A stretch of 64,000 nt of DNA from an uncultured delta proteobacterium (GCA_963724765.1 CAVRVY010000001.1:1344001-1408000); one strand, 5' to 3'. Shown: positions 1-11,381, counted from the stretch's first letter. Numbers and translations are program-made. Notes: generated by a model from the sequence alone, not told the origin.

Positions 1-793
1 CGATCTCGGCTGGCTGGCCGACGCGCACGTCGGTGAGTTGGGTTTCCTTGTAATTGGCGGTGATGTAGAGCCCGCGGAGCGGAACCAGCGCCATCAGCGG
101 CTGCCCGACTTCGACGCGATGCCCGACGTGGACGTTTTTGCGCGTCACGATTCCGTCGAAGGGCGCCTTGATTACCGTGTAGCTCAGGTTGAGTCTGGCG
201 GCTTCCAGCGCGGCGTCGGCCTGTTGAACCACCGGCCGCTCGTAGTGCGAATGGTCCTCGCCGTTGGTGCCCAGGGCGGCCTCAGCCTGCATCAATTGAT
301 GGCTGGCCAGCCCCTCGGTGGCGAGCGCTACGCGCCACGCCGTGTTCGCCTGGTCGTAGTATTCACTGGACACCACGCCCTGCGCCTTTAGTTGTTTCGC
401 CCGATTGTAGTCGATACGGGCCTGATTGAGTTGCGATTCGGCGAGCCTTACGCCCGAGCGCGCGGCCTCGACCTGCGCGTAAAGCTGGTCGACGGTCTGA
501 CGCGCACGCTGCAGCTGGGCCTCGGCGCCGTTGACCTGGACCTGGTAGTCGCGCGGGTCTAGCTCGAGCAGCGTTTCGCCGGCCTTGACCCGCCAGTTTT
601 CCTCGACGAAGACCTTGACCACGGTGCCGCTGATCCGCGAGGAGATTAGCCCGATAGAACCATCGACGTAGGCGTCATCGGTGGAGACGTGGGAATTGAA
701 GTAGCGGTAGTACCTGAGAGCCGGGAAAATGGCTGCCACTATAAGGATCGCCACCGCGACCAGCAGAATCCGGCGAAACCAAATCGATTTCAT
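1..793 (-). CDS. EmrA/HlyD-family efflux membrane-fusion (adaptor) protein, 3' end runs off the window
   Basis: Not in the ORF track. Hand translation from ATG at 793 gives MKSIWFRRILLVAVAILIVAAIFPALRYYRYFNSHVSTDDAYVDGSIGLISSRISGTVVKVFVEENWRVKAGETLLELDPRDY...LNLSYTVIKAPFDGIV: N-terminal TM, TDDAYV and lipoyl half-motifs typical of EmrA. Confidence 0.88.
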   Translation of the reverse strand, partial: MKSIWFRRILLVAVAILIVAAIFPALRYYRYFNSHVSTDDAYVDGSIGLISSRISGTVVKVFVEENWRVKAGETLLELDPRDYQVQVNGAEAQLQRARQTVDQLYAQVEAARSGVRLAESQLNQARIDYNRAKQLKAQGVVSSEYYDQANTAWRVALATEGLASHQLMQAEAALGTNGEDHSHYERPVVQQADAALEAARLNLSYTVIKAPFDGIVTRKNVHVGHRVEVGQPLMALVPLRGLYITANYKETQLTDVRVGQPAEI

Positions 794-981
794 TTTGCCG
801 TCGCGGCGCCCCTCGAGTCCATGCCTGAACTAACCAGTCCGCTCCATGCGATAATGAGTACAGCCCTCATAACGAACCTTTCAGATCACAGGGAAGAGGC
901 GGCTCGGCAAATCTAGCCTGTCCGCCCCGCGCCGTCCACTATGCGCGGCACGGCCGCCTCAGTCGTATGCCGTGACCTATG

Positions 982-1710
982 CTAAGGGAACTTGATGAGC
1001 AGGCGAGGGCCCCCGGCCGCCTGCACCGCGACCGCGCCGTCGGAGAGGATATCGGCAAAGATAGTTCCTCCCTCGTCGACCGAATTGATTATCGCGTCCA
1101 CCCGCGCGTCAGGATGCTCGAACAGAAACAGGGCCGGGGAGCGTGCTTCGACCACGAAGCTCAGCGACAAATCCTCGACCAGCCCGTTGATCAGCCCGCC
1201 CGACGGTCCTTTGACGAAGATCATGACGTTGGGGTTCGCGTTCGGAGCGATTCCAGGCAGGCCGCCGAAGGTCTGCACTACCGTGGTGCCGAACGGATCG
1301 TTGGTCGATTCTTCAGCCACCAGGTTGTTGCCACTGATCAGCTCGGCAGTCAGCAAGGCGGCGCCGTTGGTGAGCTTGGTGACTGTCATCTGCACGCCCG
1401 GCGAACCGTTGATGACCACCACCGATTCGGGCACCACCCCCCGAAACGTCCACGACTGCGAGCTATCGGTGACCACGGCCTGAAAGGGCGTGCCCGGCGT
1501 GCCGAGCACCCACAGGCTGGCCTGTTGCGGAATAGAGGAAGTCTGACCGGGCGAGGTTGGATTAGCCGTGCCGAAGGCGCCCCCGCATGCCGCGCAGGCG
1601 AAGGCGAGGATCGCAAGCGCGCCGCGGTGCGCGGCGGCCGACCATTTTGATATACGCTTCGCGTTTGATTCGCGCTTCGCGCTCATGACTGATGCGGTGA
1701 TGGGGGTCAT
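982..1710 (-). CDS. Hypothetical exported protein, probable lipoprotein
   Basis: C-terminal part of ORF 982..2091. ATG at 1710 overlaps the upstream stop (ATGA). Hydrophobic stretch ending LAFACAAC-GG is lipobox-like; mature part is beta-rich. Confidence 0.65.
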   Translation of the reverse strand: MTPITASVMSAKRESNAKRISKWSAAAHRGALAILAFACAACGGAFGTANPTSPGQTSSIPQQASLWVLGTPGTPFQAVVTDSSQSWTFRGVVPESVVVINGSPGVQMTVTKLTNGAALLTAELISGNNLVAEESTNDPFGTTVVQTFGGLPGIAPNANPNVMIFVKGPSGGLINGLVEDLSLSFVVEARSPALFLFEHPDARVDAIINSVDEGGTIFADILSDGAVAVQAAGGPRLLIKFP

Positions 1711-3551
1711 GGGACCGTTACGCCGTTGTTGTTGACGCATACCAGGCACTGTGCGCTTCCGGTACCGCAGATGCTGTTGCACGGCTGAGCGACCTGCAGC
1801 GGCGGCGTCATCAGCTCCGGAACCGGAGTGCCTACCGGCGAAGGTTCCGCGGCCGGGGGACTCGCCTCGAAGCGTTGCAGCTCGTAGGACGCGGGATCGG
1901 CCGGCGCGCAGAGCGAGAACTGGCCTGGGACGGGACCAAACTTCGCGCCGACTCCCGTCGACATCAATTGCACTCCATCCTTGGACAGTACGATCGAGGT
2001 ACCGTCGTCGAAGGTCGCGGTCGAGCCCATGATCGACCCGTGTCCCGCGCATTGCATCGAGAGGATCGGATGGGTCGCGGCGGTTCCGCAACGCGAGGCC
2101 GGCACGAACGCGCTCAGCACCGCGATGGTGTGGCCGCTCGCTTTTTCCGGCAACCCGTTGAAGTAGTCGCTGACGGTCGCGTACAGGTCCAGCGAGGCGA
2201 CGCTGCTCTGCTCAGGCACGAACATCGTGAACGGCGCGGTGTTGGAACCGACCGGCACCGTAGCCAGCGCGACGTTCTCGATACTATGCGTGCCGTGGTC
2301 TTCCGCCGTTACCAGTACGTTAAGCGCCCGCGGGCTGGGAACCGGCGGGCTGATCGTGACCAGGCCCTCGATTGTCGATCGCCCAAGGGCGAAATTGCAT
2401 GAGCTGCCCGTGCCTGCCGAGCATACGGCGCCGCCGCTCACCGACATGCTCGTGGCCACCGTGTCGTAGCCGGCGTCCGTGACGACCATCGTGTAGCTGC
2501 CGTTGGGGACTTGCGTGAAATTCTGCACGACGAAGTTGCTGCCCGGCAGCGGGTAGGTGCCGGTGTCGTCCGTATTGGCGCTCGCCAGCACGACGCAGCC
2601 CGAAGGCGTCGGGACCTGCGTGCAATCGGCCCCGCTGCCCTTTGCTGGCGCCACGATCTGCAGCGTGGCGCCCTGCAGCGCCATTCCCGAACAGGCGTCG
2701 GTCACCTTGCCGGTGAGCGCGATCTGGCCGGCCGGCGCCGCATCGAGCTGCACCGAAGTTACTTTGCTCGGCTGGGCCAGCACGTTATGCGCGAACGCGT
2801 AAGCGAAACCCGGACCCGAGGCAACCAGGTCGTACAGCGTTCCTTGCGCGCTGGCCGGCAATAGCAACTGGTATTGCCCGCCGCCCGTGGTCGTCGTCTC
2901 GACCACGTCGCCGGTGTTCGACAGCTCCGCCGCGACTCTGCTGGCCCCAAACGCGGCGCCGGTTACCAGTCCTAAATAATTCGGGATGGTGGGCGCCAGC
3001 GTGATACTGGGCGAGAATTGGTAAAGGCCGCCACTGAAGGTCGGCCGTCCGGGAAATCCCTGGACCCCGGGAGTTACCGGCGTGATGTTAATGACCATGG
3101 CGGTCAGTCCATTGAGCGGCACGCTCACTCCCGCAAAGCTCATGGTCGTCAGGTATTGTTGGGGATTGACCAGCGATATTTGCGACGCGATACATCCCTC
3201 GAGCAGACTTTGGGGATTTTCCAAACAGGTCGGTATGACGGTGCCGGCGTTGCTCCCGTCGAGCACCAACTCGATCGCATGGTAAGTGTTGGCGGGCACC
3301 AGGTAGCTGTTGAAGAGCGTCGGCACCGACTGAATATGGTTGATGTCGACCTGCAGTTCACTAACGCCGACGCCGGCGCCGGCCGGGTTGGGACCGGTGG
3401 TATTGAGATTGAACAGCGTCGCGAGCTGGGTGAATACGTTCACCGTGCCAAGGTTATTAAGACCGACCCCGGGAGCCACCGGGATCGTTGTCCAGTTGGG
3501 GTCGCCCTGGTTCTGGAAGATGTAGGGATCGGTGCTAGGGTTGAGCTTCAC
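1707..3551 (-). CDS. Cys-rich secreted protein with DUF4382-like N-terminus and carboxypeptidase-regulatory-like beta domains; main frame of a gene split at 3621-3627
   Basis: 614-aa ORF with LTGKVTDACSGMALQGATLQI...TDDTGTY...GSYTMVVTDAGY (CarboxypepD_reg-like). The frame stays open upstream of the GTG to the G7 run (PSPTPPPFLSYTPGFQTLSFNVEAVKL). Confidence 0.65.
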   Translation of the reverse strand: MKLNPSTDPYIFQNQGDPNWTTIPVAPGVGLNNLGTVNVFTQLATLFNLNTTGPNPAGAGVGVSELQVDINHIQSVPTLFNSYLVPANTYHAIELVLDGSNAGTVIPTCLENPQSLLEGCIASQISLVNPQQYLTTMSFAGVSVPLNGLTAMVINITPVTPGVQGFPGRPTFSGGLYQFSPSITLAPTIPNYLGLVTGAAFGASRVAAELSNTGDVVETTTTGGGQYQLLLPASAQGTLYDLVASGPGFAYAFAHNVLAQPSKVTSVQLDAAPAGQIALTGKVTDACSGMALQGATLQIVAPAKGSGADCTQVPTPSGCVVLASANTDDTGTYPLPGSNFVVQNFTQVPNGSYTMVVTDAGYDTVATSMSVSGGAVCSAGTGSSCNFALGRSTIEGLVTISPPVPSPRALNVLVTAEDHGTHSIENVALATVPVGSNTAPFTMFVPEQSSVASLDLYATVSDYFNGLPEKASGHTIAVLSAFVPASRCGTAATHPILSMQCAGHGSIMGSTATFDDGTSIVLSKDGVQLMSTGVGAKFGPVPGQFSLCAPADPASYELQRFEASPPAAEPSPVGTPVPELMTPPLQVAQPCNSICGTGSAQCLVCVNNNGVTVP

Positions 3552-3784
3552 CGCCTCGACGTTGAATGAAAGGGTCTGGAAACCGGGAGTGTAAGACAGA
3601 AACGGTGGTGGCGTCGGTGAGGGGGGGCCCCGGTCAGAGCGATCACGATGGTGCCCGCGGGGCCTGAGACCCCGCTGGAGATGGGTTGGCTATGGCCGGT
3701 CCCGATCGGCACCAGCGTTGCCACTAACATCAACATGGGCGCGAGCAGAGCGGCCGCTGCCCGCCAGGACGATAACTGTTTCAC
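3548..3784 (-). pseudogene. N-terminal fragment (signal peptide plus GTIVIALTGAP) of the frameshifted DUF4382-like gene
   Basis: GTG at 3784 gives MKQLSSWRAAAALLAPMLMLVATLVPIGTGHSQ...GTIVIALTGAPP, then goes out of frame at a C7 run (minus strand). One extra C joins it to 1707..3551. Confidence 0.6.
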
Positions 3785-3939
3785 TCGTGAAGCCTGCAAC
3801 AGAGATTTCGGTTCCCGCTTGGGATAACCTAACGTAGGAGCGAAGGCAAGCAACCAGGTTTATCGCGTGACGTAATCGGGACGTGGGGCTTGACTGTATG
3901 GCTTGAAGATCCGGAGAGTTTTGGGAGAATTCTGTTGAC

Positions 3940-5592
3940 ATGAAGCGTATCTCACCAGCCGCGACCGGCCCGGCGCTGATCCTTGCCGCGCTCTTCGCTT
4001 TTCAGTTGTGCGCCGCTGCCGGCGCGCTCGCCGCGATGCAAGTCGTGGTCGGCAATCCCGGCCTGCAGCACTTCGACTCGGACGGCGGGGTCGAGCTCGA
4101 TTTCGGCTTGACCGATCAGAACGGCCAGCCAGTGGGCAATCTGCGCCCGGATAATTTACAGGTCTTCGAAGACGGCAAGCTGGCCAAGATTCTTGATTTT
4201 CGCGGTGTAGGGCAGGGCCGCCCGGTCGACATCGTGTTCGTGATGGACGTGACCGAGTCGATGCAGCCGTATATCGATGCGATCAAGCAGAACATGGTGA
4301 ATTTCGCCCACGACCTCGCCTCCAACAATCGCGACTATCGCCTGGGCCTGGTGACGTTCGAGGACTACGTGGTCTCGAAATACCCCGACTGCAATTGTCC
4401 CTATCAGAAGACCATGACCTCGGACGTAAACCAGTTCATCAACTGGGTCGGCACCCTGCACGCCTCGGGCGGCGGCGATATTCCCGAGGATCAGCTCGAC
4501 GCACTCGCCTACGCCTCGAGTTTCCCGTTCCGTCCCAAGGCCCAGGGCATTATCATCATCATCACCGACGCCCCACCGCATCATAAGGGCGACGGCTCGG
4601 CCAACACCCAGCACGACCAGGCCTTCTGGGACCACCATCAGAAGGGTCAGGACGTAACCGACCTGACCGGCAGCGACGTCGCCGCGATGATGAAGCGCAA
4701 CGGGCTGACGCTGTACGCGGTGGTACCGCCGCCGTTCATCGCGCCCGAGTACGCCGAGATCGTCGAGACCACCCACGGCCGCTCCTACAACATCGTGACC
4801 GAGGAAGGCCGCTTCGCTTCGCTGGTGCGCGAGATCGGACATTCGATCGCGACCGAGTACTCGCTGACCTATCGCACGCCGCGGCCGATCGAAGACGGCA
4901 CCGACCGCACGGTCGAACTCAAGATTAACTACGAAGGCCAAACCGGCTCCGCCACTACTTCTTACCAGGTGCACGGCGTTGGCGGCGCGACTATCAACGT
5001 GCCGGAAGAGGGCGCCGAAGCGGGCACCAACCTGGGCGGCACGGGACTTCAGCAGTTGTCCTTCAACTGGTGGAACCTGGCGGTGCCGCTGATCGCGATC
5101 ATGGGGCTCTTTGGGCTCTCGCGGATGCGTTTCGGGCTCTCAACCGAGGAACTCAAGGCGATTGTCGAGGCGCAGAACCAGCCCGCGCCAGCGCCGCCAA
5201 CGGGTCCTGCCGCGCGCGCGCCGGTTACCGCGCGGCCCACACCCCCCGCACGCACCGTTTCAGCCGCGCCGCCACCTTCCTCCACTCCGATGACGGCGGA
5301 TGAGGCGCGGCTCAGCCTGCTCGAAGCGATCGACCCGGTGCCGGCCGAGTACAGCCTGTTCAAGGACGAGGTTTCGCTGGGGCGCGGCGAGGACAACGAC
5401 GTGGTAATTCCCCACGCGAGCGTCTCGCGCGCGCACGCCCGCCTGATGCGTCGCAACGGGGTCTTCGAGCTGACCGATCTCAACTCGACCAACGGCAGTT
5501 TCGTCAACGAGCAGCAGGTGCACGGTTCGGTGCGCGTCAGCAGCGGCAACCAGGTGCGCCTGGGCGACGTACGTTTCGTGCTGCGCTACTGA
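3940..5592 (+). CDS. Membrane protein: signal peptide, VWA domain, TM helix, Pro-rich linker, FHA domain
   Basis: MIDAS-like DVTES in PVDIVFVMDVTESM, GGGDIPE, IIIITDAPPH; TM WWNLAVPLIAIMGLFGL; FHA motifs LGRGEDND, VSRAHA, DLNSTNGSFVN. Confidence 0.85.
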   Translation: MKRISPAATGPALILAALFAFQLCAAAGALAAMQVVVGNPGLQHFDSDGGVELDFGLTDQNGQPVGNLRPDNLQVFEDGKLAKILDFRGVGQGRPVDIVFVMDVTESMQPYIDAIKQNMVNFAHDLASNNRDYRLGLVTFEDYVVSKYPDCNCPYQKTMTSDVNQFINWVGTLHASGGGDIPEDQLDALAYASSFPFRPKAQGIIIIITDAPPHHKGDGSANTQHDQAFWDHHQKGQDVTDLTGSDVAAMMKRNGLTLYAVVPPPFIAPEYAEIVETTHGRSYNIVTEEGRFASLVREIGHSIATEYSLTYRTPRPIEDGTDRTVELKINYEGQTGSATTSYQVHGVGGATINVPEEGAEAGTNLGGTGLQQLSFNWWNLAVPLIAIMGLFGLSRMRFGLSTEELKAIVEAQNQPAPAPPTGPAARAPVTARPTPPARTVSAAPPPSSTPMTADEARLSLLEAIDPVPAEYSLFKDEVSLGRGEDNDVVIPHASVSRAHARLMRRNGVFELTDLNSTNGSFVNEQQVHGSVRVSSGNQVRLGDVRFVLRY

Positions 5593-5748
5593 GTGGCGAG
5601 GCGGCGATAGCCGCGTCAACCGGCTTTGACGTTGAGAGGCTTTGAAGGTGCCGGCCCGCGCCAGCGCCTGCGTTGAGCCATTCCCTTCGTTTGGTGTAAC
5701 TTTGCTGCTTAACCCCCAGGAGGTCTGTCCCGTGCAGCCGTGTCGCCG

Positions 5749-7455
<1,707 letters not shown>

Positions 7456-7492
7456 GCTTACAAGTTCGCTACCACGTGGAAGGAAATTTCCG

Positions 7493-8035
7493 ATGGCGCG
7501 ATTGCCGTATGTCAGCCGCGAAGATCTGACTGTCGAGGAACGCGAGGTCTTCGACGAACACGAGCGCGCCCGCGGCGCTCCGCCCGGACATATCCATCGC
7601 GCGATCGCCAACGCGCCCAATCTGCTGCGGCGCTTCTCGGCGATGGCGCTCGAGTTGCGCAATCACACGAAGCTCGACCCCCGGCTGCGCGAACTCGCCC
7701 TGATGACCGTCGGGCGCATCGCGGGCGCCGAGTACGAATTCGTCCATCACTGGAATATCGCGCTGAACGTCGGCGTGCGCCGTGAGCAGCTCGAGCAGCT
7801 TGCGGACTTCGAGCGGGCGCCGGTCTTCAACGAACACGAGCGCGCCGTGATGCGCTACGCGGCCGAGGTCACCACCAATATCAAGGTCAGCGACGGGACC
7901 TTCGACGCGCTGCGCGAGTTTCTCGACCATCGCCGCATCATGGAACTGGCGATGAACGTCGCGTTCTACAACGCCGTGGTGCGGATAATTGTGCCGATCG
8001 GCGTCGAGCTCGAACCCGACGCGCGCAAGAACTGA
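7493..8035 (+). CDS. Carboxymuconolactone decarboxylase / AhpD-like family protein
   Basis: MARLPYV start, LDPRLRELALMTVG...AEYEFVHH, ERAVMRYAAEVT, VAFYNAVVRI pattern. Confidence 0.85.
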   Translation: MARLPYVSREDLTVEEREVFDEHERARGAPPGHIHRAIANAPNLLRRFSAMALELRNHTKLDPRLRELALMTVGRIAGAEYEFVHHWNIALNVGVRREQLEQLADFERAPVFNEHERAVMRYAAEVTTNIKVSDGTFDALREFLDHRRIMELAMNVAFYNAVVRIIVPIGVELEPDARKN

Positions 8036-8143
8036 TTTCGCCTGCCAAGCGCTTGCTCGATAAGCCCGGCTTTCCTTGCTTCACTTTTCGTTTAATGCGA
8101 AGCATGAGAGGTACGCAACTCTATCCAATGCGGAGATCTGCTG

Positions 8144-9853
8144 ATGCCAGAATTCGACATTGTCATTAAAGACGGAATGATCATCGATGGGACCCGCGCC
8201 CCGCGCATTCGCGGCGACATCGGGATCAAAAACGGGCGCATCGCCAGGATCGGGCGTATCCCGGCCGGCGAAGCCAAAGAGGTGATCGACGCGCGCGGCC
8301 TTATCGTGGCCCCGGGCTTCATCGACCTCCACACTCACTACGATGCGCAACTGTTCTGGGATCCGTGGCTCACCATCTCGGGATGGCACGGCGTGACCTC
8401 GGTGGTTATCGGCAACTGCGGCTTCGGTTTCGCGCCGGTCAAGCCGGGCGACGAAGAGCGCGCGATGCTGACCATGACGCGCACCGAGGCGATTCCGCTG
8501 GCCGCGATGAAGGCCGCGATGCCGTGGGACTGGCACACCTATCCCGAGTTCCTCGACCGAATCGAGCGTCTACCCAAGGGCGTCAACGTGCTGCCCTACG
8601 TTCCGGTCAATCCGTTGATGGGCTACGTGATGGGGATCGAGCAGTCCAAGACCGGCCGCATGCCGACCGACGACGAGCATCGCATGATGGCCCATCTGCT
8701 CAACGAAGCGATGGACGCCGGCGCTTATGGATGGTCGGCGCAGCGCCTGAAGCCCGACGGGCCGTCAGCCGTGCAGCGCGACTGGGACGGCTCGCCGATG
8801 AACACGGACGTCATGCACGATGAGACCTGCAAACTTTTCGCCAAGGTGCTCGGCGAGCGCGGCGAAGGCTTCCAGGAACTGACGCTCGCGAGCTGGAATC
8901 CCAAGGAGGACGCGCGTCACTACGAGGAGCTGGCGAAAATCAGCGGCCGCCCGATTATGTTCGAGGCGGTGCAGTCGCAGGACCGCTTTCCGCATCGCCA
9001 TCGCAACATGATTCGATGGCTCGATCGGTGCCGCATCAACGGCATTCCCGTTTACGGCCAGGGCATCACCACCGAGGCCGGGCTGACTTTCACCTTCGAA
9101 GACTGGAACCTGTTCGACGATTCCGATTCGTGGCGCGAGGTCACCACCGGCACGATCGAGGAGCGCAAGGCCAAGCTCGCCGACCCCTCGCGCCGTCACG
9201 GGCTCAAGACCAACCTGCCGCGCGAAGGACTCATCACGAGTTTCTTCGACCAGATCGTCATCACCCAGGTGATCGACGACAAGCTGCGCCATCTCGAAGG
9301 GATGACGTTGCGCAAGGCGGGCGAGCGCGACGGCAAGGATCCGGTCGACGTGATGTGCGATCTGGCGGTGGCCGATAACCTCAAGACCGAGTTCTTCGCC
9401 CCGGCCATCAATCGCGACCCCGCGCTGATGAAGGAGATCATCGACTATCCGTACATCACCTTTGGCGTCTCCGACGGCGGCGCGCATACCAAGTTTCTCA
9501 CCGCCGGCCGCTACCCGACCGAGGGCATCGCGACTTTCGTGCGCGAGCGCGGATGGCTGACGCTGGAGGAAATCCACTGGCGGCTGAGCGCGCTGCCGGC
9601 GTTCTGCGCCGGTTTCAAGGACCGCGGCTTCCTGCGCGAGGGTGCGCCGGCCGACATCGTAATCTACGACTACGAAAGGCTCGGCGTCGGACCGGTCGAG
9701 ATCGTGCACGATCTGCCAGGCAATGAATGGCGCCGCGTGCAGCGCGCGGAGGGCTATCGCCATATCCTGGTCAACGGTGCGGTGACCTTCACCGAGGGCG
9801 ATTGCACGGGCGCGACCCCGGGCAAGTTGCTGCGCCACGGCGTGGCCGCATAG
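8144..9853 (+). CDS. N-acyl-D-amino-acid deacylase family amidohydrolase
   Basis: APGFIDLHTHYD, HGVTSVVIGNCG, SDGGAH, DRGFLREGAPADIVI. Confidence 0.9.
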   Translation: MPEFDIVIKDGMIIDGTRAPRIRGDIGIKNGRIARIGRIPAGEAKEVIDARGLIVAPGFIDLHTHYDAQLFWDPWLTISGWHGVTSVVIGNCGFGFAPVKPGDEERAMLTMTRTEAIPLAAMKAAMPWDWHTYPEFLDRIERLPKGVNVLPYVPVNPLMGYVMGIEQSKTGRMPTDDEHRMMAHLLNEAMDAGAYGWSAQRLKPDGPSAVQRDWDGSPMNTDVMHDETCKLFAKVLGERGEGFQELTLASWNPKEDARHYEELAKISGRPIMFEAVQSQDRFPHRHRNMIRWLDRCRINGIPVYGQGITTEAGLTFTFEDWNLFDDSDSWREVTTGTIEERKAKLADPSRRHGLKTNLPREGLITSFFDQIVITQVIDDKLRHLEGMTLRKAGERDGKDPVDVMCDLAVADNLKTEFFAPAINRDPALMKEIIDYPYITFGVSDGGAHTKFLTAGRYPTEGIATFVRERGWLTLEEIHWRLSALPAFCAGFKDRGFLREGAPADIVIYDYERLGVGPVEIVHDLPGNEWRRVQRAEGYRHILVNGAVTFTEGDCTGATPGKLLRHGVAA

Positions 9854-9886
9854 ACGTCGCGCGGGTCAACGAACATCAGAAGAGCG

Positions 9887-9984
9887 GGCGACGGCCGCCG
9901 GCGCGTATCGCGCCGGCGGCCGTCGCCATTGAGGCCGGTGCGCCGGGGAGCGACTTCAAGTGATACTTGAAGTCGCTCCCCGGC
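9887..9984. repeat. Two adjacent perfect inverted repeats (19-bp and 20-bp stems, 3-nt loops) between convergent genes
   Basis: GGCGACGGCCGCCGGCGCG-TAT-CGCGCCGGCGGCCGTCGCC (9887-9927) and GCCGGGGAGCGACTTCAAGT-GAT-ACTTGAAGTCGCTCCCCGGC (9942-9984). Confidence 0.9.
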
Positions 9985-10074
9985 ATACGGCGCGGGGTGC
10001 GCGGCATGCCGCCGATGCAGCTCTTGCGCAATGCGGGCGACGTCCGCCGCGTCGCTCGAGATAAGAATTTGCTC

Positions 10075-10113
10075 TACTCCTCTTCTGGAGCGGGAAGCGG
10101 TCAGGAGTCGGGT
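10075..10113 (+). repeat. Degenerate REP-like intergenic repeat, copy 1
   Basis: TACTCCTCTTCTGGAGCGGGAAGCGGTCAGGAGTC aligns ungapped with the reverse complement of 45181-45215 (TACGCCCCTTCCGCAACGGGAAGAGGCCGGGAGTT). Confidence 0.5.
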
Positions 10114-10130
10114 GGCCTGGCGTCGCCCGC

Positions 10131-10919
10131 CTATTCAATCGGCGTCGGCGAATGCGGGAACTCGGCCCAGTCCTCGGGGTCGTGACTGATCAGCAGGCGT
10201 GCCTCGCCGCGATCCTGCATTTCCTTGAGCCGTCGGATCGCCGCGCTCGACATCGGCTGATCCCAATCGGTAGCCATCGGGGCGCAATTCTCCAGTTGGC
10301 GGCGGATATGGATCGTGTCGCCGGTGAGCACGATCGCACGCTGCGGCAGGTTGACCATCAGCGAGCTTTCGCCCGGCGTATGGCCCGCCGTCTTCAGCAT
10401 GATCAGGCTGCCGTCGCCGAACAGATCGGTGTCTCCGCTAAGCTCGCGCCAGTTGAAGCGACGGGTTGGGAGCAGGTCGTTGAGGATGAAGGCGGCGCGC
10501 GCCTCGCGTCGCGGCCAGTACGCGTACGGCAGTTCGCCCTCCATGATGTAGAACTGCGCGTGGGGAAAAAGACTCATCCCGCCCGAGTGGTCGAGATGAA
10601 GATGGGAGACGATCACGTTTTTGACGTCGTCAAGCTTGTAGCCGAGCGCCTTTATCTGCGAATCGACGGTCAGGTCCGGCGAGTATTTCACCTTCAGGTA
10701 GTCGGCGATCCTGCCCCAGTAGCCGCGCGGATCAATGGCGACCTGCGGCGCGCATCCGGTGTCGAACAGCGTCAGCCCCTTGGGATGCTCGATTAGATAT
10801 GAAGGGCAGGGCAGGCTGAGTTCGACCTCGGGCCGCCCGCCCAGCATCATGTCCGCTTCCGTCAGCGTGAGCGGCGCGACGGGGAGCGCGATGAGCTTGC
10901 TCGCTTTGCCCTGTGCCAT
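10131..10919 (-). CDS. Metallo-beta-lactamase-fold hydrolase, N-acyl-homoserine lactonase (AiiA/AttM-like) family
   Basis: YLIEHPKGLTLFDTG, SHLHLDHSG (HxHxDH), DLFGDGS, GHTPG, LTGD, SHDP. Start MAQGK at 10919 with GGAGG upstream. Confidence 0.88.
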   Translation of the reverse strand: MAQGKASKLIALPVAPLTLTEADMMLGGRPEVELSLPCPSYLIEHPKGLTLFDTGCAPQVAIDPRGYWGRIADYLKVKYSPDLTVDSQIKALGYKLDDVKNVIVSHLHLDHSGGMSLFPHAQFYIMEGELPYAYWPRREARAAFILNDLLPTRRFNWRELSGDTDLFGDGSLIMLKTAGHTPGESSLMVNLPQRAIVLTGDTIHIRRQLENCAPMATDWDQPMSSAAIRRLKEMQDRGEARLLISHDPEDWAEFPHSPTPIE

Positions 10920-11030
10920 GAGCCGCCTCCTCGCGGGATGTACGCTCGATAATCGATTGCCCGGCGCGCGCGTCAAGCGCGCGGTCCCGCTATTATCGCA
11001 TGAGGTGAGGCGAGTGACGCGAGACGGGTG

Positions 11031-11381
11031 ATGCGGGATAAAGACGCGCACGACTTGTGGGCCGAAGGGATCGAGCTTTTCAACGCGGGCCGGTTTTTCG
11101 ATTGCCACGAGGTGTGGGAGGAAGTCTGGAAGCGGACGAGCGGCGCTGAGAAGTTCTTTTATCAGGGGATGATCCAGGCGGCGGTGGCGATCCTGCACGC
11201 CGAGCGCGGCAATCCGCGCGGCGCGCGCTCGACCTGGGACAAGGCGCGCGCGAAGCTCGAGCCGTTGCCGTCCGAGCACATGGGAATCGCGCTGGGCGAG
11301 TTACGTCATGCGATGGACGCGTTCATCACGGTCGCAATCGCCGGCGGCTCAGCGCCGCCGCCGACGATTCTCCGTCGCTGA
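11031..11381 (+). CDS. DUF309 domain protein
   Basis: GIELFNAGRFFDCHEVWEEVW...YQGMIQAAVAILH...GNPRGA signature. Confidence 0.9.
   Translation: MRDKDAHDLWAEGIELFNAGRFFDCHEVWEEVWKRTSGAEKFFYQGMIQAAVAILHAERGNPRGARSTWDKARAKLEPLPSEHMGIALGELRHAMDAFITVAIAGGSAPPPTILRR

Noticed and set aside
38-391. Plus-strand ORF of 117 aa
   Set aside because: Antisense shadow of the EmrA-like gene on the minus strand.
9887-10113. CRISPR array or integron attC cassette
   Set aside because: The palindromes differ from each other, are not regularly spaced, and no cas or integrase gene is present.
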